The notes: generated by a model not told the origin, from the sequence alone. DNA of 20,000 nucleotides from an uncultured virus (IMG/VR IMGVR_UViG_3300017776_000001) (IMGVR_UViG_3300017776_000001:52302-72301), one strand, 5' to 3'. Positions 8,145-17,555 are shown, counted from the stretch's first letter. Made by a program: numbers and translations.

Positions 8145-8173
8145 TTGACTAAAACATGATTAGATGTTATAAT
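8145..8173 (+). promoter_or_regulatory. Sigma70-type (early) promoter
   Basis: TTGACT (8145-8150), a 17-bp spacer, then TATAAT (8168-8173), with an extended -10 TG at 8165-8166. Confidence 0.75.
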
Positions 8174-8181
8174 GGAGTATT

Positions 8182-9636
8182 ATGAAGTATATTGATTTAC
8201 CCGACCCAGTGAGTGTGAAAAGTTCTTTCAACGACCATCTTGGTGGATTGAATAAAACAAAACCCAAGAAAGAAGTGATGATTAAAATCAAAGAAAAGTT
8301 TGATGAAATCTCACGTATATACAAACCTAAAATAGTTTCACTTGGTGACTTGCACAAAAAGTATGGTGTAAGTTACCAAGAAGACTCCTCACATAAAATT
8401 AGGGATTTCTTTCGTGCATTACAAGTTGGAGAAGCAGCTGTTGATGCAGAAGACTTTGAAAGAATAAATGGTGATGAGAACTCTTCTCGTCTCTATCATG
8501 CAACTAAATTACATTTCTTAATTCAAGATATCCGAGACAAAGGAATTGAATACGGCCCTCAAGGTGTATTGTATTGGCCTCCTACTGCAGATGCAGATGA
8601 GATTAGATACTTTGTACATCCCGGCACTGGAAGATATTCTGCAATCAAATATTTACAAAAATGGGATACTGAGTGTTTGGTATGGGATGCATATGACGTA
8701 TGTTATGACCATAAACCAATGTCTTACTCTGAATGGATAGTTCACACTTTTAAAAATAATCTATATCCCGATATGAATCATGTGTCTTATTGTTGGAATC
8801 AAGGTATCATAGAAGCACACCAAAATAGAGACATGAGAGGTGACTATACTGAAGCAAATGACTACTTACATTATACACTATTCAATGGTGAGATACCAAC
8901 TATATACGTTGGATATGATGGTAGACATGGTGAAGTTTCAGATGTTTGTATAAAGAGTATACAACATTCTATTGAAAGATACAATAACAAAATGGGAGAC
9001 TTATCAAGTGTTCCGTGGAATGCATTCGTTAATATTAAAAAACTTGACGTTTCAAAGATTCCCGAGTATACTAGAGAGTATGCAAACCAATCAACAGAGT
9101 TTACGTATAGTAGATTCATGATACCATACTTAGAGAAATATCAAGGTGTCAGTATGTTTGTGGATGATGACTTTATCTTCACAGAAGATATGTTACACTT
9201 ATTTTATTCACTAGGACATACTGATTCCGTTGCATGTTTCCATCATGACTTTTCTGATAAAGGTATTACAGAAAAATTAGGTGGAGAAAAGAATGTATGG
9301 TATCCTAAAAAACTATGGTCAAGTCTTATGATATTTAACAACGGTCATAAGGATTGTAGAAAACTAACACCCGAGGTGGTAAACACACAATCGGGTCAAT
9401 ATCTACATCAATTTAAATGGACAGATAATGTAGTCAAACTTCAAGACGATTGTTGTTGGACTGAAGGTTACTCTGATGAACCATATAACGTAAAGAAACA
9501 TAGAATGATTCATTACACAAATGGGGGCCCATGGATTGAAAACTTCAATGATAGTGTTCAACAAATTGGTAGATATAATTATTATAAAAATCTCGTAGAG
9601 ATTGACAACAAAAAGGTGAAAGAAAATGGCAAATAG
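8182..9636 (+). CDS. Two-domain protein: N-terminal ParB/Srx-like domain plus C-terminal GT-A glycosyltransferase (GT8-like phage family)
   Basis: The C-half has IYVGYD, STEFTYSRFMIPYL, a DxD motif in FVDDDFIF, WSSLMIFN and HYTNGGPW. The N-half has LIQDIRDKG..PQGV..YFVHPGTGRYSAIKYL, resembling the ParB-like core. Confidence 0.75.
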   Translation: MKYIDLPDPVSVKSSFNDHLGGLNKTKPKKEVMIKIKEKFDEISRIYKPKIVSLGDLHKKYGVSYQEDSSHKIRDFFRALQVGEAAVDAEDFERINGDENSSRLYHATKLHFLIQDIRDKGIEYGPQGVLYWPPTADADEIRYFVHPGTGRYSAIKYLQKWDTECLVWDAYDVCYDHKPMSYSEWIVHTFKNNLYPDMNHVSYCWNQGIIEAHQNRDMRGDYTEANDYLHYTLFNGEIPTIYVGYDGRHGEVSDVCIKSIQHSIERYNNKMGDLSSVPWNAFVNIKKLDVSKIPEYTREYANQSTEFTYSRFMIPYLEKYQGVSMFVDDDFIFTEDMLHLFYSLGHTDSVACFHHDFSDKGITEKLGGEKNVWYPKKLWSSLMIFNNGHKDCRKLTPEVVNTQSGQYLHQFKWTDNVVKLQDDCCWTEGYSDEPYNVKKHRMIHYTNGGPWIENFNDSVQQIGRYNYYKNLVEIDNKKVKENGK

Positions 9637-10192
9637 AGCTTTAATATATGATGCAACTAATACGTTAGTTATTATCAAAGAAACAGGGTTAAGAATTGTT
9701 TATCAAAATGTAGACAAACCCGAATTAGGTTTCGAATACGAAGGACTCGTATACGACCAAGATGAATTCAAAATCTTAGAAGTAAATCCATCTAATTGGG
9801 ATGCATCGGAAAAACTTCCGTTAACTGATTCAGACAGAGATAAGATTGAAAAATTTATCGATGATGCAGAAGCACCCGATGGTACAAACCTAAACAACCA
9901 ATACATCGATGATTTGTATGATGTTGTTTCAAAAAATGTATATCAATTATGTGTTGAAATGAGAATTGAAAATCTATATGAAGCTACATACATTGGTAGA
10001 GAAGATTCAAATCATCCTTTTAGGTCAGATGCACGAAGAGTGTTAGAATTTGCAGATAGTTCTTACAGTGTACTAGAACAAGTTTGTAGTTCTCTAAGTA
10101 GAACCCGAGAAGACCAACTTAAAGACTTTGAAGATTATTGTGATGACTTGTTGCAGTTACCACCTGTACAACAATTCCAAGGTCAGCAGTAA
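9626..10192 (+). CDS. Hypothetical acidic protein, possibly related to tail fibre assembly chaperones
   Basis: 188 aa, overlaps the upstream stop. The C-terminal ENLYEATYIG..SNHPFRSDARRVLEFAD loosely resembles motifs of fibre-associated phage proteins. Weak functional call. Confidence 0.4.
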   Translation: MANRALIYDATNTLVIIKETGLRIVYQNVDKPELGFEYEGLVYDQDEFKILEVNPSNWDASEKLPLTDSDRDKIEKFIDDAEAPDGTNLNNQYIDDLYDVVSKNVYQLCVEMRIENLYEATYIGREDSNHPFRSDARRVLEFADSSYSVLEQVCSSLSRTREDQLKDFEDYCDDLLQLPPVQQFQGQQ

Positions 10193-10195
10193 TGT

Positions 10196-10885
10196 ATGGA
10201 AGTTGTATATCTAGATAAACCCTTTAAGATACAGAAATTCCCCTTAGATAAAATCTATGTCTTAGACGATTGGGTAACATACGAAATCATGTATAACATG
10301 AGGAGACTAACCTCAAGAACTATATGGGCTCAAAACAATCAGGTAAATAGAAACGGTAAGATACGTCATCTGTTTTGGGGTGCAACATTCTATGAGGGCA
10401 AAGATAAAAAAATTAGAGACCATACTTATCATATGCAAGACACCTATCTTATCAGATATCTAGATTGGAAACTTCAATCAGAGTTTGGTTTTAGATGGGA
10501 AAAATTTCAGTATGCTGGTATGAATGGTCAGACCACTGGTCTTCAAGGGACTATACACGAAGATAGTTCTCCTGAAAATACAACTAATATATCTTTCTTA
10601 TGGTACAACACTGAGTATTGGGAAAAAGAATGGGGTGGCCCACTTAAATTTTATAACGAAGAAGCAAAACATATAGATGGTTATAAAGAAGAGTATTTAA
10701 AACATCAGATTGCACAGGTTGATTATAAACCAAATAGATTACTAATGTTTGATGGGAGTATACCACACAATGCAGATGCTCCAAATGATGCATGTGAATA
10801 TGCATGTAGACAGTCTCTAGTTATACGAGGTGATGCATGTCGACTAGAGAATGAATTAGATTATTATGCCAACGATAGAATTTAA
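10196..10885 (+). CDS. 2OG-Fe(II) oxygenase, prolyl 4-hydroxylase-like
   Basis: HxD motif (IHEDS), WEKEWGGPLKF, PNRLLMFDGSIPH (distal His) and RQSLV (2OG-binding Arg). Confidence 0.85.
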   Translation: MEVVYLDKPFKIQKFPLDKIYVLDDWVTYEIMYNMRRLTSRTIWAQNNQVNRNGKIRHLFWGATFYEGKDKKIRDHTYHMQDTYLIRYLDWKLQSEFGFRWEKFQYAGMNGQTTGLQGTIHEDSSPENTTNISFLWYNTEYWEKEWGGPLKFYNEEAKHIDGYKEEYLKHQIAQVDYKPNRLLMFDGSIPHNADAPNDACEYACRQSLVIRGDACRLENELDYYANDRI

Positions 10886-11741
10886 CACAACAAACGAAAA
10901 AGCATTTAAAGAATATCGTCCTGTAGTTGCAAAACATATACATCCTAATTGGTGGAAAGAGATGAGTGTTTCAGCTAATGGACGAGACAATATTAAGATG
11001 TGTCCTTCAATGTTAGATGTGTTGGGTAGTGGTTACTACATTACATGTGTTGAAGATATTAAAATAGAATACCCTAAAAATGATTTAGATGGTTCACCCA
11101 AATATGAACTGGGACAATTTGCAAAGTGTCCACACAATCCTAATTATGAAACTACTGGTCACCCTAGAGAACAATTCCCTAACTTCGAGTATGCAAAGGC
11201 AGATGTAGAAGAAAATCTAGAAAAAAATAATGCAGTCAAAATTAGAGTTCCATGGAGTGTAACAACACCATTGGGTTATTCTTGTTTATATCTAGACCCA
11301 TTTCTATTTCAAAATAGATTCTTTCAGACTTGGCAGGGGGTTATGGACACCGATAAATATACAGGTGGAGACTTAAATGGTTTAATTATTCTGTATCCTA
11401 AGACAAGAGAAGAGTTTGTTATTCCAGCAGGAACACCTATAGCACAGATAGTTCCATATAGAAGAGAGTCGTGGAAAGCTAGTATCGATTTGATTAGTAC
11501 CGAACAATATCAAAAAGACCATGATGCATTTCTATATCATAAGTTTGCAACAGATGATTCAACACCCTTTAAGAAAGGTGGTGGAATAGAAAAGAAATGG
11601 GTTCCAAAATCACCACTCTTTGAAAAGGATATTTTTGACCCATTCAATATTATTCCGACTGAAGAAGAACTTGAACAAGAAAGAAAAATATCAAAAGAAG
11701 TTAGGAATGCAAAATCTCTAAGAGAGAAAATTGAGGATTAA
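10866..11741 (+). CDS. Conserved phage protein, DUF6065-like with dUTPase-like beta-fold motifs
   Basis: KMCPSMLD..GY, PWSVTTPLGYSCLY..P, GVMDTD and IPAGTPIAQIVPY. Family assignment is from motif recall. Confidence 0.55.
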   Translation: MPTIEFNTTNEKAFKEYRPVVAKHIHPNWWKEMSVSANGRDNIKMCPSMLDVLGSGYYITCVEDIKIEYPKNDLDGSPKYELGQFAKCPHNPNYETTGHPREQFPNFEYAKADVEENLEKNNAVKIRVPWSVTTPLGYSCLYLDPFLFQNRFFQTWQGVMDTDKYTGGDLNGLIILYPKTREEFVIPAGTPIAQIVPYRRESWKASIDLISTEQYQKDHDAFLYHKFATDDSTPFKKGGGIEKKWVPKSPLFEKDIFDPFNIIPTEEELEQERKISKEVRNAKSLREKIED

Positions 11742-11744
11742 ATT

Positions 11745-12497
11745 ATGGCAGTAGAATTACTATTCCCAAACTATGTTTTTCATAGACAACTAACCGCTGA
11801 AAACTTACACGACAGACAGGGTGTATCTTTTGACTATCTACAGTCGTTGAAAGATGAAATGGATGGAATGAGAGCTAGAGATGAAGGTAGGTCGGTATCT
11901 AACAGAAATGGATGGCAATCTAATGATGGGTGTGAATCAAATCCTAGATTTCAAAAATTGATGAATAGAATTATACGTATGTTTGATGATGAAGTCTTAC
12001 CCTTCTATGGGTTTAACAAAGGAGATGTCAGTGTACAGATTGGTAATTCTTGGGCAAACATTAATGGTCACATGTGTTGGAACTCTCCTCACTTACATAA
12101 TGGTTGTTGGTATAGTGGAGTGTTTTATATACATGCAGACGGTGACGAGGGAGATATTGATTTCATAGACACAGATGAAAAAGTGGTACACGACATGCCA
12201 CCATCACCCATGATACAGATGTCATCACATCAACAACCGACTACAGGTAAATTGATATTGTTCCCAAGTGGTTTGATGCATATGGTAGAACCCAACATGA
12301 CACAGAAAGAGAGATACAGTATATCCTTTAACATCAATTATCAGATGAACAATCAAATAAAGATTGGTGAGTCATTATCAAATAGATATTATCCATGGAT
12401 ATTTGAATTAGACCAAGAGGGGTATCCCTTAAATTATCAAGATATAACTGGAAATATGCCACCACTCGAACCCCTTGAGGACGATACGATTACCTAA
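11745..12497 (+). CDS. 2OG-Fe(II) oxygenase-like protein (TIGR02466 / 2OG-FeII_Oxy_5 type)
   Basis: GWQS, SWANIN..NSPHLH..YSGVFY and GKLILFPSGLMHMVEPN..RYSISFN. Confidence 0.85.
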   Translation: MAVELLFPNYVFHRQLTAENLHDRQGVSFDYLQSLKDEMDGMRARDEGRSVSNRNGWQSNDGCESNPRFQKLMNRIIRMFDDEVLPFYGFNKGDVSVQIGNSWANINGHMCWNSPHLHNGCWYSGVFYIHADGDEGDIDFIDTDEKVVHDMPPSPMIQMSSHQQPTTGKLILFPSGLMHMVEPNMTQKERYSISFNINYQMNNQIKIGESLSNRYYPWIFELDQEGYPLNYQDITGNMPPLEPLEDDTIT

Positions 12498-12500
12498 ATA
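12493..12500 (+). promoter_or_regulatory. Possible late promoter variant (CCTAAATA)
   Basis: Overlaps the stop of the oxygenase gene, only 5 nt before the ATG at 12506. Confidence 0.3.
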
Positions 12501-12505
12501 ATCGT

Positions 12506-12772
12506 ATGGAACAAGGAATATTCATCGACCCCCATCTTATATGGAATCTTTTTTTAACAATGGTGTTACTACCAGTGGGTTTTTTCGTGCGTAGTGCTTT
12601 GAACGAACAAAAAAGAATCGATATACTTCTAAACAAAACAAGAGAAGAGTTAGCAAAGGAATACGTATCTAAAGATGAATTCCAACAATCTATGGATAGA
12701 TTAATAGATTCTATGGAAAGAATTGACGAAAAACTCGACAGACTCCAATCTCGCACTTACTTCCAAGAATAA
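12506..12772 (+). CDS. Small protein with an N-terminal hydrophobic helix and a coiled coil
   Basis: 88 aa. LIWNLFLTMVLLPVGFFV is followed by a heptad-like charged helix (MDRLIDSMERIDEKLDRL). Confidence 0.6.
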   Translation: MEQGIFIDPHLIWNLFLTMVLLPVGFFVRSALNEQKRIDILLNKTREELAKEYVSKDEFQQSMDRLIDSMERIDEKLDRLQSRTYFQE

Positions 12773-12776
12773 TTGT

Positions 12777-12784
12777 TATAAATA
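12777..12784 (+). promoter_or_regulatory. T4 late promoter TATAAATA
   Basis: Exact gp55 consensus in the gap upstream of gp13. Confidence 0.85.
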
Positions 12785-12817
12785 GTATTGAACATTTAAA
12801 AAAATGGAAATAGTACT

Positions 12818-13633
12818 ATGGCAATACCAAACTCAAGGGCATCATTTAAAGAATATATTCTAAGAAGTCTTGGAGCTCCAGTGATTGAAATCAACGTGGA
12901 TGATGACCAAGTAGATGATAGAATAGATGAAGCCTTGCAATACTACAACGAATACCATTACGATGGTTCTATTCGTACCTATCTAAAACATCAATTGACT
13001 CAAAGTCAAATTGATACCATGAAGACTAACGAAACACATACTGGTGTTAATAGTTCCAGTAATGCATATCAAAGTCAAGAGTTCAAAGAAGAACAATCAT
13101 ATGTAGTGTTACCCGAATCAGTATTATCAGTAGTACGAATATTTCCTTTCAACGATAAACACAACCTCAATATGTTTGACCTTAGATATCAACTAAGATT
13201 GAATGATGTATATGACCTAACTGCAACTAATGTATTGTACTACGAACAAGTGCAACAACACATCAGTCTATTAGACCATATGTTAGTGGGTGAAATACCT
13301 ATAAGATATAAACAAGTTACTAACAGGTTATACCTAGATATGGATAAAGATTCTGTTACTGCTGGTGAGTTTATCTTGATTGAGTGTTTTAGAAAACTAG
13401 ACCCTACGACTTATACAGACATATACAATGACATGTGGTTAAAAAGATATACAACTGCATTAGTTAAATATCAATGGGGTTCAAACCTTTCCAAATTCGG
13501 TGGGATGCAATTGCCTGGCGGAGTTGAGTTAAACGGAAATGAAATAATGACACAAGCACAGGAGGAGATTCGAAGACTAGAAGAGGAATCAAGATTGAAC
13601 TATGAATTACCTCCTATAGATATGATAGGTTAA
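12818..13633 (+). CDS. gp13: Neck protein gp13
   Basis: LRSLGAPVIEINVDDDQVDDRIDEAL, WLKRYTTALVKYQWGSNLSKFGGMQLPGGV, plus T4 synteny. Confidence 0.95.
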   Translation: MAIPNSRASFKEYILRSLGAPVIEINVDDDQVDDRIDEALQYYNEYHYDGSIRTYLKHQLTQSQIDTMKTNETHTGVNSSSNAYQSQEFKEEQSYVVLPESVLSVVRIFPFNDKHNLNMFDLRYQLRLNDVYDLTATNVLYYEQVQQHISLLDHMLVGEIPIRYKQVTNRLYLDMDKDSVTAGEFILIECFRKLDPTTYTDIYNDMWLKRYTTALVKYQWGSNLSKFGGMQLPGGVELNGNEIMTQAQEEIRRLEEESRLNYELPPIDMIG

Positions 13634-13635
13634 TT

Positions 13636-14505
13636 ATGCCAACAAATGTATTTTTCAATCATGCAGTATCGTCTGAACAACACCTGTATGAAGACTTAGT
13701 TGTTGAGTCACTTAGAATGTATGGTCACAACATCTACTATCTTCCTAGGGAGATAATAGAAGAAGACACCATTTTAGGAGAAGATGTTGCATCAAAATTT
13801 GGAGATGCATATGAGATTGAAGCATATCTAGAAAACGTAGAAGGATTTGAAGGAGAAGGAGACTTATATTCTAAGTTTGGTGTAGAGATAAGAGACCAAG
13901 CAACCTTTGTGATTGCACTTAGAACATGGGAAAGATTCGTATCTCTAGATAATAACCTCACCTCATCATTCAGACCAAACGAAGGTGATGTAATACACTT
14001 CCCTCTCAGTGGTTCTTTATTTGAAATTAAGTTTGTTGAACATGAAGACCCATTCTATCAAGTCGGTAAGCTCTTTGTATTCAAGTGTAGATGTGAATTA
14101 TTTGAATATAGAGGAGAAGATTTTGACACTGGTACTAATGCAGACTTGGTTGAAGCAGAAAGAACATACACTATAAGTGCAACAATGACTGCTGGTTCAG
14201 GAGACTCAGGTAATTACACAGAAAATGAAGAACTTAAGATTGGTGATAATGTTATTGGTGAAGTGTCTACATATAAAAGGTCTAACAGAACTCTTACAAT
14301 CATACACAACAATACACCACTTGCAGTGGGTGACAGATTAGTAGGTGCAGTGTCAGGTGCAACTAGACAGATACAAACAATTACCGATGCACTTGATATG
14401 CCAAATGACCCGAATGCACAAAATAAAGAATTCGAAGATGCAGCTGATAATTACATAGACTTCAGTGAAACAAACCCTTTCGGTGAGATAGGAAATAATA
14501 GTTAA
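13636..14505 (+). CDS. gp14: Neck protein gp14
   Basis: EQHLYEDLVVESLRMYG..YYLPRE, SKFG, RPNEGDVIHFP, FEIKFVEHEDPFYQVGK, C-terminal DFSETNPFG. Confidence 0.95.
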   Translation: MPTNVFFNHAVSSEQHLYEDLVVESLRMYGHNIYYLPREIIEEDTILGEDVASKFGDAYEIEAYLENVEGFEGEGDLYSKFGVEIRDQATFVIALRTWERFVSLDNNLTSSFRPNEGDVIHFPLSGSLFEIKFVEHEDPFYQVGKLFVFKCRCELFEYRGEDFDTGTNADLVEAERTYTISATMTAGSGDSGNYTENEELKIGDNVIGEVSTYKRSNRTLTIIHNNTPLAVGDRLVGAVSGATRQIQTITDALDMPNDPNAQNKEFEDAADNYIDFSETNPFGEIGNNS

Positions 14506-14507
14506 TC

Positions 14508-15542
14508 ATGTTTACATATTTTTACAATGAAACAATAAGACGTTCAGTATCTGTGTTTGGTACCATGTTTAATAATATCACAGTTAAACAGACTAAATCA
14601 GATGGGACAGTTGTAAACAGTATTAAAGTTCCTTTGTCGTATGGTCAAAGACAGAAGTTCTTACAGAGATTAAAAGAAGAACCCGATTTGAATGACAACT
14701 TAAGAAGTGCAATATCACTTCCTAGAATGGGATTTGAAGTCAGTGGTTTCACCTACGACCAAAATAGACAACAAAATAAACTTATCCGTTCCACTAAAAC
14801 TACTATGGAGTCAGATAATGTTAGTAGAAAGTTTCAATATCAACCCACACCATATGATATAAACTTTACACTATCCATCTATGCAAAGAACATGACAGAT
14901 GGTTTACAAATAGTAGAACAAATACTACCGTATTTTCAACCCGAATATACGGTTGCAATGAAAATGATTGATGATATGTCAGAAGTAAGAGACGTACCTA
15001 TCATTTTAACAGGTGTAAATATGGACGACCAATTCGAAGGGTCGTTTGAAGACAAGAGAGTAATTAACTTTACTCTAGATTTTACAATGAAAACTTATTT
15101 CTTTGGCCCAGTATATAAAGGTAAAGTTATTACTAAGGTTAGAGAGAAAACATTTATAAATGATGGAAGACATGGTTTCACATCATCAGAACTTACTACA
15201 TCAGGCATCGTAAAGGACGTTAAGTTTTACGAACCAGCATTTGAAGGAACAGTTGCAAGTGCAGTGTCTAATAACACTACAGTGACTTTCTCAGCTGCAA
15301 TAGATAGTAATGTATCTGTAAATGATACTATGGAAGGTTCATCTACTAATCCCGACCCAACAGTCTCTTCTATAGCAGGAGACAGACTGTCTGTAGTGGT
15401 TTCTAGTAACGTTACTTTGTCCCAAGGTGATAAAGTATACTTCACAGGAAGTGCATCTGCAGAGGACAATTATGTTATATCAGAAGATGTATCATTCTTT
15501 GATGAGGGATATGGTGGTAATGAAGCTTCAACCACAGACTAG
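14508..15542 (+). CDS. gp15: Tail sheath stabiliser / tail terminator gp15
   Basis: YFYNETIRR..FGTMFNNI, KVPLSYG, LPRMGFE, PYDINFTL, QIVEQILPYFQP, plus synteny. Confidence 0.95.
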   Translation: MFTYFYNETIRRSVSVFGTMFNNITVKQTKSDGTVVNSIKVPLSYGQRQKFLQRLKEEPDLNDNLRSAISLPRMGFEVSGFTYDQNRQQNKLIRSTKTTMESDNVSRKFQYQPTPYDINFTLSIYAKNMTDGLQIVEQILPYFQPEYTVAMKMIDDMSEVRDVPIILTGVNMDDQFEGSFEDKRVINFTLDFTMKTYFFGPVYKGKVITKVREKTFINDGRHGFTSSELTTSGIVKDVKFYEPAFEGTVASAVSNNTTVTFSAAIDSNVSVNDTMEGSSTNPDPTVSSIAGDRLSVVVSSNVTLSQGDKVYFTGSASAEDNYVISEDVSFFDEGYGGNEASTTD

Positions 15543-15551
15543 TGAAAAATT

Positions 15552-15974
15552 ATGACAGACAATGTTGACGATAAATTAAATCAAGTATTAGATATAAACA
15601 CGGACATGAAGAAGGACTTAAAGAAAGTCCCTACAGTCCGTACAGACCTCTCTAAGGAGTCTTTAGAGACAGACTATAGATATGCAAGGGAAAATCTTTA
15701 CGACCTTGTAGAGAGGGGACAGGATGCATTAGACGGTATCCTAGACCTATCTAAAGAGATGGAGAATCCTCGTGCATATGAAGTGGCAGGACAGATACTT
15801 AAAACCACCTCAGAGATTGCAGAAAAACTTTTAGACCTTCAGGTCAAAATGAAAAGTATCAACAAAGAAGAAATTGCAAAAGAAGGTGATACTCATAATC
15901 ACTTATACGTTGGGTCAACATCAGACTTACAAAAATATTTGAAGAAAAACAAACATGGTAAATCCGAAGAATGA
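15552..15974 (+). CDS. gp16: Terminase small subunit gp16
   Basis: DYRYARENL, PRAYEVAGQILK, VGSTSDLQK. Overlaps the gp17 start. Confidence 0.92.
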   Translation: MTDNVDDKLNQVLDINTDMKKDLKKVPTVRTDLSKESLETDYRYARENLYDLVERGQDALDGILDLSKEMENPRAYEVAGQILKTTSEIAEKLLDLQVKMKSINKEEIAKEGDTHNHLYVGSTSDLQKYLKKNKHGKSEE

Positions 15975-17544
15975 AGGTTATCTAGGTAACACTCAAATCA
16001 AACGTGCAAACGTTGAGACGAAGTATACCAAAGAAGAACTAGACGAATATCTCAAGTGTCAACAAGACCCTTGTTATTTTATTGAATCTTATACACAGAT
16101 TATCTCTCTTGATGAGGGTATGGTTCCTTTTAAGTTACGTGGATATCAAGAAAGTTTAATAACACATTATAATGAAGAAAGATTCAGTATAGTACTTGCA
16201 TCGAGACAAAGTGGTAAGTCTATTACGTCTTGTGCATATTTACTATGGTATCTATTGTTTACACCCGAAGTTACAGTAGCTGTTCTTGCAAACAAAGGTG
16301 CAATTGCAAGAGAGATGGTTGCAAGGATAACTACTATGTTAGAATCTGTTCCTTTCTTTTTACAGCCTGGGGTTAAGATTCTAAACAAAGGTAATATAGA
16401 ATTTGGTAATGATAGTAAACTAGTTGCAGCTGCAACATCATCATCATCAATTCGTGGACTTTCTATTAATATGTTGTACCTAGATGAGTTTGCATTCGTT
16501 GAAAATGCAGAAGAGTTCTACACTGCAACATATCCCGTGGTTACTTCAGGTAGAGATTCTAAGGTAATTATCACTTCTACTGCAAACGGTGTGGGTAATA
16601 TGTTCCACAAAATATATGAAAGTGCAACTGTAGGTGAATCAGAATACAAATCGTTTCTGATAAACTGGTATGATGTTCCAGGCCGTGATGAAGAATGGAA
16701 GAAACAAACTATTGCAAACACTTCTGAGTTACAGTTTCAACAAGAGTATGGTAATAGTTTCTTAGGAACGGGTAATACACTTATTGCATCTGATACACTG
16801 TTAGGATTACGTTCATCAAATCCTATCTGGCACAAGGAAGGTTTTAGTGTTTATAAAAAGCCAGAGAAGACTCACACCTATATATGTACTGTAGATGTAT
16901 CGAAAGGGAGAGGTTTTGACTATTCAACCTTTACAATTTTCGATGTATCCACTGAACCATTTGAACAGGTTGCAGTATATAGAGACAATATGATATCTCC
17001 ATTACTGTATCCCGATGTAATTGCAAAATATTGTTCACACTATAACACTGCATTAGTAATTATAGAAAACAATGCAGAGGGAGCTGTGGTTGCACAACAG
17101 ATGCATTATGATTTAGAATATGATAATGTATTCGTTCAGGGTGGTTTAAGATTAGAAGACATCGGGGTAACAATGACCCGAAAGATTAAAAGAATAGGAA
17201 CTTCTACACTTAAGGAAGTGTTAGAAGAAAATAAATTGAAAATTTGTGATAGGGAGTTGATAAAAGAACTCTTAACTTATGTGAATAAAGGAATGTCTTT
17301 TGAAGCAGATAGAGGTTATCATGATGATTTAGTTATGAATTGTGTGGTGTTTAGTTGGTTTTTAACAACTCAATTTTTTGAACACCTAACAAACAATAAA
17401 GTTAAAGACTTACTATACGCAGGACAACAACAGGAAATATATGACGATGTCTTACCAGTAGGAGTTTTTGGAGAACTGGATAAAGAGTCTCACTCATTTG
17501 TAGACACGAGTGGAGACCGATGGTATTTACAAGAGAACGACTAA
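15955..17544 (+). CDS. gp17: Terminase large subunit gp17
   Basis: Walker A SRQSGKS, Walker B LYLDEFAF, coupling motif ITST, nuclease motifs VDVSKG and HDDLVM. Confidence 0.97.
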   Translation: MVNPKNEGYLGNTQIKRANVETKYTKEELDEYLKCQQDPCYFIESYTQIISLDEGMVPFKLRGYQESLITHYNEERFSIVLASRQSGKSITSCAYLLWYLLFTPEVTVAVLANKGAIAREMVARITTMLESVPFFLQPGVKILNKGNIEFGNDSKLVAAATSSSSIRGLSINMLYLDEFAFVENAEEFYTATYPVVTSGRDSKVIITSTANGVGNMFHKIYESATVGESEYKSFLINWYDVPGRDEEWKKQTIANTSELQFQQEYGNSFLGTGNTLIASDTLLGLRSSNPIWHKEGFSVYKKPEKTHTYICTVDVSKGRGFDYSTFTIFDVSTEPFEQVAVYRDNMISPLLYPDVIAKYCSHYNTALVIIENNAEGAVVAQQMHYDLEYDNVFVQGGLRLEDIGVTMTRKIKRIGTSTLKEVLEENKLKICDRELIKELLTYVNKGMSFEADRGYHDDLVMNCVVFSWFLTTQFFEHLTNNKVKDLLYAGQQQEIYDDVLPVGVFGELDKESHSFVDTSGDRWYLQEND

Positions 17545-17555
17545 GTTCAAAAAAA

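Noticed and set aside
5699..12497. Diversity-generating retroelement or invertase-based fibre switching
   Set aside because: No reverse transcriptase, recombinase or template/variable repeat pair is visible in the window.
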